Counted from the whole stretch's first letter, positions 14,330-25,972 are shown. The stretch: DNA of 61,062 bases, filler included, from Dugesia japonica (GCA_001938525.1; 6 parts of 6 records of this genome joined end to end with filler, not necessarily neighbours in it), one strand, 5' to 3'. Numbers and translations are program-made. The notes: generated by a model not told the origin, from the sequence alone.

Positions 14330-14768
14330 TAAAAAATCGATATTTGACTCTTGGAAGAGCTTTACGACAATATGAAGATTTCAGATACAAATCTTGGTAT
14401 AAAACCATTCTGGTATCACTGTCTCCTATGCTTTCACAGCCAATTTTAGCAAAAGAAATCAAACCGAATCCTGCTTATTACGTTTTGAAGAAATCTGAAC
14501 AAAAAACTGAAACAATCGACACATTTTCTCACAGTAAATCTTAAGGTTTTTATTAAATATTTAAGTACAGTTCAATGTAGTATTTCCAAAGTATATAATT
14601 AATTTTAATGAAAAACTTTGGGCAGCTATAGCAGAGTCAAAACTGATGGAATTATTAAATTTACAAATTCCTGAATTGTCGAGAATTATTGGTTTGCAGG
14701 TAAGTAAAAAATACAAATTTCTTATTACGTTTATGTTTGTTTTAATTTACAGGTAAAATATTAAATTT

Positions 14769-14834
<66 letters not shown>

Positions 14835-17047
14835 NNNNNNNNNNNNNNNNNNNNNNNNNNNNNNNNNNNNNNNNNNNNNNNNNNNNNNNNNNNNNNNNNN
14901 NNNAATAACAATAATAACGAAGTTAAAGTTTGATTGCCAATTCAGTTTAAAAAGGATTTGAAATAAAATACATTTTTGTCAAATTTTATTTGAATTAATT
15001 TCATTAATTCAATTATATAAACTTTACTCTTGGTTTTACTTTACTCTGTCCTAATTATACAAATAGTTTTGTCAAATGATATTAATAAATTTTTCTTTAA
15101 TAACTGATTTCATGAAAAGTATCAATTCATTTTAAGTAATTGTGATCATTCAAACAAAATTTTGATTAACACTTTTGCGAAAAATGATTTTACATACACA
15201 AATAATTTAGGGTTTTACGGACTCCAGTAATAAATAAATATCAGTATTTATAATTTATTTGTAATTTTTACATATAACAGATAAATGATCATTACAAAGC
15301 TTACAGAATTTCAATTATAAATATATTGTGGATTGCAATATGAAATATTTCTGGAATTTACAAGACCCAATTTTCGTACACAGTACCGAAAATATTTCCA
15401 GTAAATTTTACTTCATTGACCTTCAATCAATTAGATTTTACCTGTATAGATTTTAATCGATCAATTAGTAATTATATTGTATCAATAAACTAAATGATGT
15501 TTGAATTATATCTGCATAGATATATTCTCCATGGAAACCTTTTATTAATCGATAAAAATATATAAAAAACGCAATAGAAATTATTACAACCAGACATTCC
15601 TCAAAGATTAAGAACTAATTAAATTCAGTAAATTCTTACGATGTTTACATCCTCTTGAGTGATAATAGGTCATGAAAATTAATGACTGTAAGAAATGAGA
15701 CTGCAATTATGATTTTTTTTTGGAGAATTTAAATTAATGTCGATTTTTTAAAAAGGTTTGAATTTTAAAACATTAAAATATTTTAAAATAAATGAAATAA
15801 AATTTTAGAATAATATTTAAATATAAAAAAGCAAAAAATGAACAAAATACATGGAAGTTAAATCTAAAACAATAAATTTTAAAATAGGATTTTGAAATTT
15901 TTCAAGGTTGTGTTTCAAATTTTTTAGCTTAATTATCTTTTTCTGAAAAAAACAAATTTAAATCTTTATTTCAATAATCGAAGACAAATGACAATTTTTT
16001 GATAAAAACTTTGAAACGCCATTTAAATATATATTTTTGTATAACATGTTTCAACAATATAACTGTCATCTTCGGATANNNNNNNNNNNNNNNNNNNNNN
16101 NNNNNNNNNNNNNNNNNNNNNNNNNNNNNNNNNNNNNNNNNNNNNNNNNNNNNNNNNNNNNNNNNNNNNNNNNNNNNNNNNNNNNNNAATAAAACAAATT
16201 AATTAAAAACATTCAATAAAGATTTAGAAAGACCAGTTTGAACAATAATTTTTGGATCAATTGATTATCGATGCACGAAATTTTAAAATTATTTTTAATG
16301 ATAACTGATTTACAATTAATATTATGTTCACCAATATTGCTTCTTTAAATTGTTAACTCTTCATCTTTTATTTTTTAAAAAAATATTTCATGGATTCAAA
16401 AACTTTTTAAAATTCAACGGTGAGTATCTTAGACTCATCTAACAGCGACTATAAAAATAGCTAACAAATGTAATCATACAGTATTTTTACAACATTTCCT
16501 GTTGATGTTTTGAATTTCAGTTAATATTGAACTATTTCTACTATGATCCCAATATTATTATTTACTAATTATCCTCACATAAAATAATTTCAATAAAAAT
16601 ATTGCATTTTCATTCTACGAATCACTCAAAATTATTAATAATTTTAATAATCTCAATGATTTAGTCAACACTTTCCGTTATTTTCTATAATTTATTCTTT
16701 ATATTTTATTTTAAAAAAATATCAAAAACGATGTTTAAATTTAATTATTCTTTGTATTTAGTTTTACAGGTTTTTGTTTTTCATCTTTCTAATTTAGGAA
16801 TCTCATTTCGCAAAAACAATTTTATCTCTTGAAACAATTCTCGAACGCTATGACAAAATACGGTCTTCAATAAACAGTTTAAGTGTAATTTGTGTAATAC
16901 TAATAAATAATTTTTTTATTTTGTTTATTATAGATTGTGATGTTAGAAGATTCATTGGAAATATTACTTACTATTCTCGATAGAGGAACATTTATGTTGA
17001 ACTGGGACAGTTTACCATTTGATGAATATATCTCACTTTGCGATACA
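14329..17047 (+). CDS. Axonemal dynein heavy chain (DNAH10-like) N-terminal tail, internal exons about 14329-14533, 14581-14699, 16798-16884, 16934-17047
   Basis: VKNRYLTLGRALRQYEDFRYKSW...YIINFNEKLWAAIAESKLMELLNLQIPELSRIIGLQ/ESHF...LERYDK.../IVMLEDSLEILL..LDRG..MLNWDSL..DEYI follows the DHC_N1 pattern (xPELARxxxLQE, LNWxSL). GT-AG introns of 47, about 2100 and 49 nt keep the frame. A possible further exon lies at about 14194-14255. Confidence 0.8.
14771..14918. repeat. (AAT)n microsatellite within the dynein intron
   Basis: Direct inspection; partly gapped. Confidence 0.95.
16041..16078 (-). ncRNA. Degenerate minimal hammerhead ribozyme motif (PLE-type)
   Basis: Minus strand UAU-CCGAAGA-UGACA-loop-UGUU-GAAA-CAU-GUU-AUA: palindromic stem III ACAUGU, U4C core mutation, 5' end runs into a gap. 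Confidence 0.45.
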
Positions 17048-17827
17048 GTTGAGATTTTATATTTAATAATATATTAACATAGTATATAATTTATGATTTA
17101 ATCTCATATAGATTTAAAATTTTAATTTTTGATGTAAATATGGAATTGTAAATGTCTATAATTTTGTTTTCTAATAATCTTTAAGATATTTATTGGGTTG
17201 TCTGGAAATTTCGTTTCGATTTGTAATGAAAATTCCAAAGTAACAGATTTACAGAGTTTTACATTTTTATATTAACAATTTTGCATTTTAATATTAACAA
17301 TTTTATAGATTAAAATATTATCAATTATTTTATTTTATTACCACATCCATATGACAAGAAAACAAAGAAAGGAAATTACTAAAAAAAACTTATGATTAAT
17401 ATCAAACGAAAAATGACTTCAGGAGTGTTAGACTTGGAAAACGAATTAAGCATAAAATATATATTCTAAACACAAAATGACATTGTAACAAATATTTATA
17501 GCTTTTGAAGAATCAGTTATGCAATAATGTCTGANNNNNNNNNNNNNNNNNNNNNNNNNNNNNNNNNNNNNNNNNNNNTTAATTAATTAANNNNNNNNNN
17601 NNNNNNNNNNNNNNNNNNNNNNNNNNNNNNNNNNCTTTATTTCTTTAATAATTTTGTTTTCATTACTTAAAAAATATTATTATTAAATTATTATTATTTA
17701 TTAAAAAATAAAAATCATTAAAATTTAAAATTAAAAGTATAAAAAAATTAACCAATAAAATTTCGATGAAATTTGAAGAATTAAGTAACAAAGATCTATT
17801 GTATTGAATATCTCAAGAAGCCAACAT

Positions 17828-17862
17828 GTTCCTGAAGAAGACCTTTTTCGAAAAATTTGAAC
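17828..17862 (+). ncRNA. Minimal hammerhead ribozyme motif (degenerate stem II)
   Basis: GUUC-CUGAAGA-AGACCUUUUUC-GAAA-AAUUU-GAAC, followed by the family motif TTTTGATCGAAGC at about 17883. Confidence 0.55.
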
Positions 17863-20800
17863 CTTGTTACAAATAAATTTTATTTTGATCGAAGCCTTTT
17901 CTTATTTTTATGAAACATTTATACAAATTATAAATAATAATAGATATTCCTTGTTTTATTGACATTCTTCATTTCGATCACTTTGACTTATTTGCTGAGC
18001 ACATTTTACCTTAGCCATCTAATTCTTAATTATCTTCAATTATTGTATATTTTAATATTTAATCCATTTTTCGTTTTCTCGACAGCTTTTTACAACTTTA
18101 TTTTCTTTTTATTGTTTTATCCTAGATTTTGTTCGATATTTCTTACANTTTTAACTTCAGTTATTATTATTTTATAATCATTTCCTGATTATTTCATAGA
18201 TTAATATTTCTTTTATTTCTTATTATTTTCTTATTCATTTTCTTATTAACCTTTAATTTATTTCCTTCACTGTTTTTCATATTTCACAAAAGGCTGTTTC
18301 AGCCCAACAGGCTTGTTAATATTTATAATTAGTTAATTTACATTATTTATATTTTCAATACTAAATATGAGATTAATTGCTGATGTAATTGAATAAGTGA
18401 TATCTATATTCATATCAAATGGTTCATAATTATCTAAATTAATGTAAAATAATGTTTTGTTTTCGACTTTATAATAATATTTCTTTTTTATTTTTAAAAA
18501 GTTTTACAAGAGTATTTTCAATTAATGGGGGTTTAGTTGTTATTACTGTTTTATGTATGTTTTTTAAGACTTTTAATGTAAGAATTGTAGTTGAGTTAAT
18601 GTGTTGGGGTGAAACACCTGCTCTGAGAAGAAAAACAATGCGAATTGTTCAAACCAGAGAAATAACGAAGGGCGGGAGTAGAAAAGAAGGTTAATTAGAA
18701 ATATGTGACAAACATACCAAATAAAAAGAATAAAAAGAGTGGAAGAAAGGTAAACGCCAAATGAATCAAACCCTGACCAATAACAATAATTAAATAAAAT
18801 TAAAATTTAGTTAGAAGAAACAAGAAAATAATTGTTTGGAAAATAATTAATTAGACCAAAAATATTAATTAATTTTGAACAAAAAATAAATTAAAATTAG
18901 ACAATAAACTGTTTTTGGAAGATAGCGATGCTCAGGGAGATCACATAGACTTGCGATAAGAAAATTCGAAAACGTAAGGATCAGGGGCAATAAGATCTCA
19001 CAATTAGGAAACGTTAACATCATCAGGAAAGCCTGGGGAAGGTTTCGAAGATTAAGCCAATCATACCAGAAAAAGAAAATCAAACAAAGCTACAAAAATC
19101 ACATGGCGATTTAAAAATAGGTACCAATGAAAACTCTAAAACTCTCTGAAAAAATCTGAAAATTGGCACCATCGCAAATCAGAAGCAAGAAGTTTGAATT
19201 AAAAATAGAAATCTAATGGCGATGATGCCGAGTTGAATCGGCAAATCATATATAAACCCCCCAAATTTTAGATGTAATTACCCTCAAATTGTGAGAATTG
19301 TTAGTTATTATAACAACGTGATATTAATTTTCTCGAAAAAACGTTTGTGAAAAAACTCTCAGCAATTCACTATCACGATAAAAAGTGTAAGGCAGAAATC
19401 TCTGTCAATTATTTTTCATTTTGAACTTACTATGTAATTGTAGAAGAAAAATACTTTGTCGGTAAAACAGACAAAACTAATCGAAAAGCAGAAATCCCCA
19501 TTAAATTTAGTTGGAATTGATTCGTATTTTGTTTAAGCCCATTGCAGAAAGAATTAAGAAAAAGTGAGTAGCAGTTTATTTCTGATTATGTTATGTGATG
19601 ATTGGATCAATTAATAAAATTTGTTCAATATAAAATTGTCAATTAAACTTTATTTACAGGAAATTAGTGCTGTAATTTCAGTGAATCGATACCCAGTTAA
19701 TTTTGTCAACCTTATCAATGATTTTTATCATGAATCAGCCCATAATAATTGACATACCTTTACGTTAAGAAACTATTCACCATTCTCATAAGAAAATACC
19801 CTCTTTAATCAATGCCAAAATACACCTACAGCAAACCCATATTTTTAAACAGTGACTAATGCATTACTTTGAATTATGTGACAAACACTCCAACTCGCTA
19901 ACAGAAGTTATAAACACTCCAGTTAGTATGTACCTGTTATGCAATCCGTCAGCAACATCATGAGTAGCACTCGATGCATGTCTACAAGTGACTGTTTCCC
20001 TAATATAATGTTAATCAGGTAAAATGTGACCCGAACGGTATCGATAAAGGAATATAGTATCAGTATTACAACACCACATATACAAGCAATTGGATGATGA
20101 TTTGTTAATAATTATTGTTGGCATTACTGACCCACTCTCTAATAGTACTCAACTTGAATATTGCACTTTTGACGCTTTAATTGACTAATTGATCTTACTT
20201 TCACGTTGAATTTCGTGTTATTTTCCAATCAAGAATTCAACGATGATAAGTAGTACTGCTAACCTTACCATTACTATTATTATCATTATTCAGNTACTAC
20301 GATCGTTATCATCGCGGATATTAAAACTAGTATAATCGTTAATAACCTAATTAATATTGTTTTATTTATTATTCATTATTATTATCAATCGTAACATTAG
20401 TATCATCAAAATTCACAGCTAACATTATTATAATTATTAACACCCGCAATATCATTACGATCGCTAATCATTAACATTATTATTTTTATAAAAAATTTAC
20501 TAATGACATCGTTATTGTCCTATTTGGTATTAGCATTTTCATTATTATTAGCAATCGTTATCATTATTACTATTAATTTTATTATAGTTATCACTAAATA
20601 TTATTATTATTACTACTCGTATCATTATTAAAATTGTCGTTATGGTTAGGGTTAAAATAATTATCATTATTCTTATTAATATCACTGTTATTACTTTTAT
20701 TATTATTGTTATTTTTAATAAAATTATTAATTCTTTGTTACTACGAATTGTCGTTAGCTATACCGTCATTTCTAGTCGTGCTAATACATTAAGTTTTCTT

Positions 20801-20875
20801 TTGATCAGCGGTTTAAATATTTCAAGTGACAGCCGCAATTTTGTATTGTGATTTAGAATTCCAGTTTCAGTTGCG

Positions 20876-21060
20876 ATGATTGATCTCTTGATAAGGACTT
20901 TAAGATTGATTCGCAGAGAGAAGCGAAAGGCTCGACGGAAGCAACTCCTAGCCCACGTTCTCTCCAGGGGTGCCATTGAACACCATGACTAAACAGATTT
21001 GCGGTGTTTCGTTGAGATTTCCCCTTGGAGTATCCAGTTTATATAGACGGTGAGAAATGA
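20876..21060 (+). pseudogene. LTR cassette A (copy 1): small basic protein
   Basis: MIDLLIRTLRLIRREKRKARRKQLLAHVL....HD*TDLRCF aligns with the 52356 ORF MSDILSQTLKFICSERERVRRKQLIGPIL....PDKTDLRWF. Confidence 0.7.
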
Positions 21061-21174
21061 TCGCTAACTTTGTCACACTGTGTTTTGAATTAAATATATA
21101 TTATTTGACTGCTCTTTTACTTTTATGGATATTAACATATTACCGTTATGATTTTTCTTTATTTCAGTAGGCAA

Positions 21175-21580
21175 ATGGAATAGAAGTGGAAAACACTTCT
21201 TGATCGGCGCACGAGTAGGGTGATATTTAAAAGGTATCGAAATCCCATGATCGAAATGCTGGAGTACTGACAGACTACTCTAACTTGTCTAAGGAAGATG
21301 GGACGCTGCCGAATGCAGGGCCTTCTATGAATGGAATGGACCCGACCGGTCACAAGATGTGCTCTACACGGCTATCGCGTTTTCCCCAATTAATAATGAA
21401 GAGATCAGTACGACCAGTGAATGCAGATAAGGCCCTTCCGTGATTCTCATCTCGGCGGCTCATCTACCACCCTTCTCTAGATTGAGAGCCTTCATCAGTG
21501 ACACTCTTTGGGAGTTACGAAATACAGCGGGCGTTAGTAATAGCGAGAATGCCGACACCGCAACTGATAATAATTACTGA
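21175..21580 (+). pseudogene. LTR cassette B (copy 1)
   Basis: WKTLLDRRTSRVIF..HDRNAGVLTDYSNLS...RAFISDTLWELR aligns with the 52660 frame ERVLDRRTRRMIF..HNKDAGILADRTNLS...REFVTNLLWGIR. Acceptor tttcag ends 21167; AATAAA at 21623. Confidence 0.7.
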
Positions 21581-21784
21581 TTCTGTATATGGACTCCAGG
21601 ATTTTGTGTGTCGCTTAGTAATAATAAATTATAGGCATCTTATTTGTTGTAATTTTAAATTTTAGTCCAATCTTTCTTAATTAATTAATGTAACCAATTT
21701 TCGGCATAATGTTTTTCATAAGATCTTTTTGTTGGTATTTTTCACATTTCTTAATCTAAAGTTCAGTAATGTCTCTCTTTACAG

Positions 21785-22143
21785 TGCATTCTTTGCTAAA
21801 TAGACTAGCAGCTCTGACCAAGAAGGTAAGGGAAACCAGTGAAGACATCGAGATGTCTTGGAAACTCTATAGGTTAGCGAAGCGCAGATGGGAAGCTGAA
21901 ACGGCCTCAGCAAACGCTAAGGTAAAAAGGTACAAAGCCCAGTGCATCTCCTTTAAAAAAGAAGCTGAAGTGTCCCACTCACAAGAGAGATTTTAAAAAT
22001 CACAAGTCGAATCCATCGCCAAAATCATCCGGTCCCTGCATGACCCTCAAAATAAACTGGTCGCCGATGTTTTGACCTTGAGGAAGGCAATACCCCTCAA
22101 ACCCGTGATGGTTGACAAGGGTACCCAAACATCACGCCTTTGA
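21785..22143 (+). pseudogene. LTR cassette C (copy 1): coiled-coil protein ending in DKGTQT
   Basis: 44/70 identical residues to ORF 53265 by hand alignment; one in-frame TAA where copy 2 has TGG; acceptor tttacag|TG; AATAAA at 22167. Confidence 0.8.
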
Positions 22144-22281
22144 ATGATTAGAACTTGTAAATTATAAATAAAATTCTCTAATTAATTAGTCTTGTTTCAT
22201 GTGCTTATGTTTGTTATAAGAATTCCTTATGTAATCATTACTTGTAGCAATCCGATTATTGCTTAATCTCACTTTATTTCA

Positions 22282-22647
22282 ATGCCACATATCCGGTTCC
22301 TCTCTAGTCTGCGCAGATCCCATAGACTTATCCAGAAACTCCTGCTGGAACGCCATCTAAAACAACAAACTGAACGCGCTTTGCTTCATCACTTGGCGCA
22401 ACGTAATCGATTAATTAAAAAGCTTGATTTGATCGTAAAGAAACAAGAAGAGTCAAATAAACGCACCCAAAAGATTCTCACCAATAAGATCGTTTTCCTC
22501 AAAATATACATCGCCGATCTAGCTACTTGCCTAGAAATTGAGCAATGGTCGCCTTGTCGCAGTGAAGATGATGAGGCAGCATTTGATATGATGGACGACG
22601 AACCCTCCTAATGGCTTGATTCGGGGGCAGTCGGTTTAATAGAATAA
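22282..22647 (+). CDS. LTR cassette D (copy 1): basic N-terminus, coiled coil, acidic tail
   Basis: 109-aa ORF to 22611, with homology continuing past the stop to 22647. Shares LIVKK..E...RT..IL.NKI.FL..YI.DL and DDEAAFD...EP with 53768-54130. Confidence 0.75.
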
Positions 22648-25049
22648 ATTTCTTTTAAAACAATGTTTTAAATTTTGTTTTGGTTTTAGCAAAGGAAAAC
22701 TAATGAACTCAAATATAAAAGTATGCGAGTGTGAACCTCAAATATAGGCTGGAGGTCAACCGTCCATACCGAAAACCTAATAAGGGACATTAGATAAATT
22801 CTTAAAAAGGTCCCCTGAGGGCTGTTTTTCCCCATCCGTGTTTTTATACCACAAACTCAGTTGGGACCCCAACAAATGCATCGGTTAATATTGAAGTTTC
22901 GTTTTTTCAGACAAGTCTTTATTATTGTATTTGTTCTGTTCTTTAGCTAATTGTTTTAATAAAGCTCTTCTATCATCGTACATTTTTAAGCAGTTATTTG
23001 TTTTAATATTTTAAACTAAACAACAATCTATTATGCAGGTCTCGTGTAAATGCCTATTCCATGTTTTGCTTCTTTTATTTTTAGTATTTTGTCTAATATT
23101 AATTTCCTTCCTATTTCATTAATAGCTAACTTTACTGAATTTGGTAAACATGATTTATTAATTAAATTATTTATAAAATCATAAACTATTTTGCTTTGAT
23201 AAGGATTTAAATAAATACCTTTGCATTTAAAAGGTTTTAAAGCTTAAGCATTTCAATTAGCTACCTATTTTAACTACCTTAATTCTTCTTCAATTGTTTT
23301 TCTTTCTAAATCTGTCTTTTTTGCTTTTTCAGCTTTTGAAACAGCACTTTCAACTCCAGCAGCAATACCAGCTACACTAGATAATCTCCCACTTATTGCA
23401 GGACTTAATGATAGTAATGACAATATTCCGCCTTCCTTAATCTCTTCATTGTTATTGTTTGTTTAACTTTTTACCTACCTAATATTTTTTTTGTTTATTA
23501 AAACTTATTTAGATTTATTAAAATGAATTAGTTCACTTAATTGTTCTTCAGTAAGAGAATGAGTAAGAAAATTAGTAACGAATTATTAATTTGAAATAAA
23601 AATAAAACACTATTTAATAATTAAGTTTTACCAAATATTTTTACATGATTATTTATGGAGTCATCTGGTATTGGAAAGAATTTATTATTAATGAAAATGT
23701 TATTAGATGATGATTTAATGGATTATAATAATTTAATATTTTATTCAACAGCTATAAACCAAATTGAATTACAAATAATTAAAAGAAGGAATTGAAAATG
23801 AGTTAACTAAGAAAGCAATTAGAAATATATTTAAGAAAAAAGATTGAATAACAGAAGAAAAAAATACTCCATACAATATTGCTGAATTGTATAAAGAAAA
23901 TATAAATGAATCTGATATTGAAGATAAAGATGAGTATGTTATATATGATTATGATAATAAAAGTAAAACTTGTTAGGTTTATTTATTGGTTTCATTAAAA
24001 TAAACTAAAATAAGACTTTTCATTCAATACTTTATTTAAAATACAAATAATTCTTCTTTGAAATTCTTCTTGCTTTTTGAACGCTTCTTTTCCACACTTG
24101 CCTTTCCCAATTTATATTTTTAAATAATAATAAACTTAAACAAATTTATTATATTTATCAAAAATATATTTTGCAAACATAAAACTTTCGAATTTAAAAT
24201 AATTTAAAAAGAAACCGATAAATAAATATTTTTATAAAGCTTTAAAATTACATTTCAAATTTACATTTAACAATTTAAATTAATAAACATTGATTTTAAT
24301 AAAAACCTAATTGCATTAAATTTTAAAAATATTAAAAAATTTACGAATTACTAAAATTATCTAAAATATTTATATTTATATTTAAGAATATATTTAAAAA
24401 TCAAGATAGAATAATAGAAGAAATAAATAATCCTTATAATATTGCTGAATGGTATAAAGAAAATATAAATGAATCTGATATTGAAAATAAATATGATTAT
24501 GTTATAGATGATCATGATAATGAAAATAAAATTAATAGTAGCTTTTCTAATAAACCAGAATATACTATCTATTGTGATAATCTATAATAAAAGAATCTAG
24601 TTATATCTGATCATGTAAATATTAAAAATCAAGATATACAGTAATCATATTTCACTAGAGGTAGATATAATAACTGTAATGTAATTTATATATCTCAAAC
24701 TTATTATGCTTTAGATAAAATTTCATTTAAAAAACAATTTTAATTGTTTTATATTTTTCAAATAGTGGAAATAAAGATATGGTTTATCAAGATTTAATTA
24801 GTAATTTAGAACCAGATAAATTGTCATAAGATAATTTTATTAGAAATGATTAAAAAGATAAATAAAATTACTAGGATAATCTTTTTTAACCTTAAAAAAA
24901 ACATTTGACTTTATCTGACCAATATCTTGACTTTATACTGGAAATTTTTAAATTTATGTTTCGTCTTATAAACAATTAAATCTGCTTAATAGTCTTAAAA
25001 TTTAAGAAAATTGTGCTTTGTAAATGCAAAATATATCAATTATAACTGA

Positions 25050-25880
25050 AACTCTGCCTCGATGATACTTTTGCTTACGAAAAAATAAGCTTTCGTTAAT
25101 TTGACATACAACATTTTCTCCTCCTCATAATTTTCAGAAAAAAGTTAAAGACATAGGTTACTCATTGTCACGACAAGCTGAGGAAATAATAAATACCACT
25201 CGCGATTATCTGCCCAGAAATAGGGTAGTTTCGCCAGTCTAAAAAATCTTTCTCGTGTCGTATGATATTTGCATTTGGAGTAGCGAAAACTCACATAATA
25301 CATTGCAAACGTGGCACTGTTTGATGTGGGTTTTGAGCTGGAATATTGGACAATTTTTTGGATAATTTTCACACTTTGTTGAAAATTATAACAATATCAT
25401 ATTTTCTGTTTTCAAGAGCAAGGTTTCGGTCTTTTGCTAAAAGTTTATTCAACATAGAAAAACTGGAGTAAGCTGACATTTCATTAAAAAATATTCCATT
25501 AGTGAAATTGATTCCTTTTTCATGTCCATTATTGTCATTAGTATGGCAATCTTTTCTAATAATATAAAAAAGAAAAATTTGACTCTTTGACCAATATTTA
25601 GAGTTAATAATGAGTGTTTTACTCATTATAACATTTTTTACGAGTTTTACTTCTATTTACCCTTTGAAATTAAAAGGATTTTCACTGAATTACAATTCAG
25701 AAAGTTCCTTTAAGACAGACTCGATTGTGTAATCTATACTCTCAGCTAGAATAATAATTTCAGCCAAAACCATATTGCGAGTATGTTTTGAAAAGCTACT
25801 TGAAATTTTTGTGTGGTTGGTTTTTAAAAATCTTTTATTTAGAAAAAGATTTAAATTATAGATGAAAATTTTAAATAACA
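25050..25880 (-). pseudogene. Probable MULE/MuDR transposase relic
   Basis: CHTNDNNGHE(K)GIN resembles the PSTNNGLExxN motif; C-terminal RK..HRGR tail; heavily decayed. Confidence 0.45.
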
Positions 25881-25947
25881 AAAATTATGTTTTAAATTAA
25901 TAAAAGCTTAGATCAAAATTTAGGTTTTAATTATTGATATTGGATAA

Positions 25948-25972
25948 CAATTCGATATTTCGACCTTGTCTT
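25948..25972 (-). ncRNA. 3' half of a minimal hammerhead ribozyme (5' half lost in gap)
   Basis: Minus strand AGAC-AAG-GUC-GAAA-UA-UC-GAAUUG: intact stem II, GAAA core, AUC cleavage triplet and stem I 3' strand. Confidence 0.6.

Larger units (their letters stand above)
18602..22874. mobile_element. 4273-bp solo LTR of a giant LTR (Gypsy-like) retroelement
   Basis: Termini TGTTGGGGT...ACCCCAACA (9-bp inverted, TG..CA); 4-bp TSD AATG at 18598-18601 and 22875-22878; no PBS, PPT, transposase or pol inside; both flanks look like one interrupted Polinton region. Confidence 0.85.
18200..24900. mobile_element. Second Polinton/adintovirus-like relic (about 18200-18601 plus 22875-24900), split by the solo LTR
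   Basis: Minus strand: KEGGILSLLSLSPAISGRLSSVAGIAAGVESAV...KGIYLNPY (homologue of ORF 45731) and RRALLKQLAKEQNKYNN (homologue of ORF 46407). Plus strand: ATPase pieces SSGIGKNLLLMKMLL..DY..LIFYST and SYFTRGRYNNCNVIYISQTY. Confidence 0.8.

Noticed and set aside
20758-21353. Minus-strand ORFs inside the LTR (20758-20976, 21159-21353; also 53411, 53839)
   Set aside because: Antisense shadows of the + strand cassettes; not conserved as ORFs between copies.
18602-22874. DNA transposon with 9-bp TIRs
   Set aside because: TG..CA ends with a non-TTAA 4-bp TSD and no transposase fit an integrase-inserted LTR better. A Ginger-like DNA element cannot be fully excluded without other copies.
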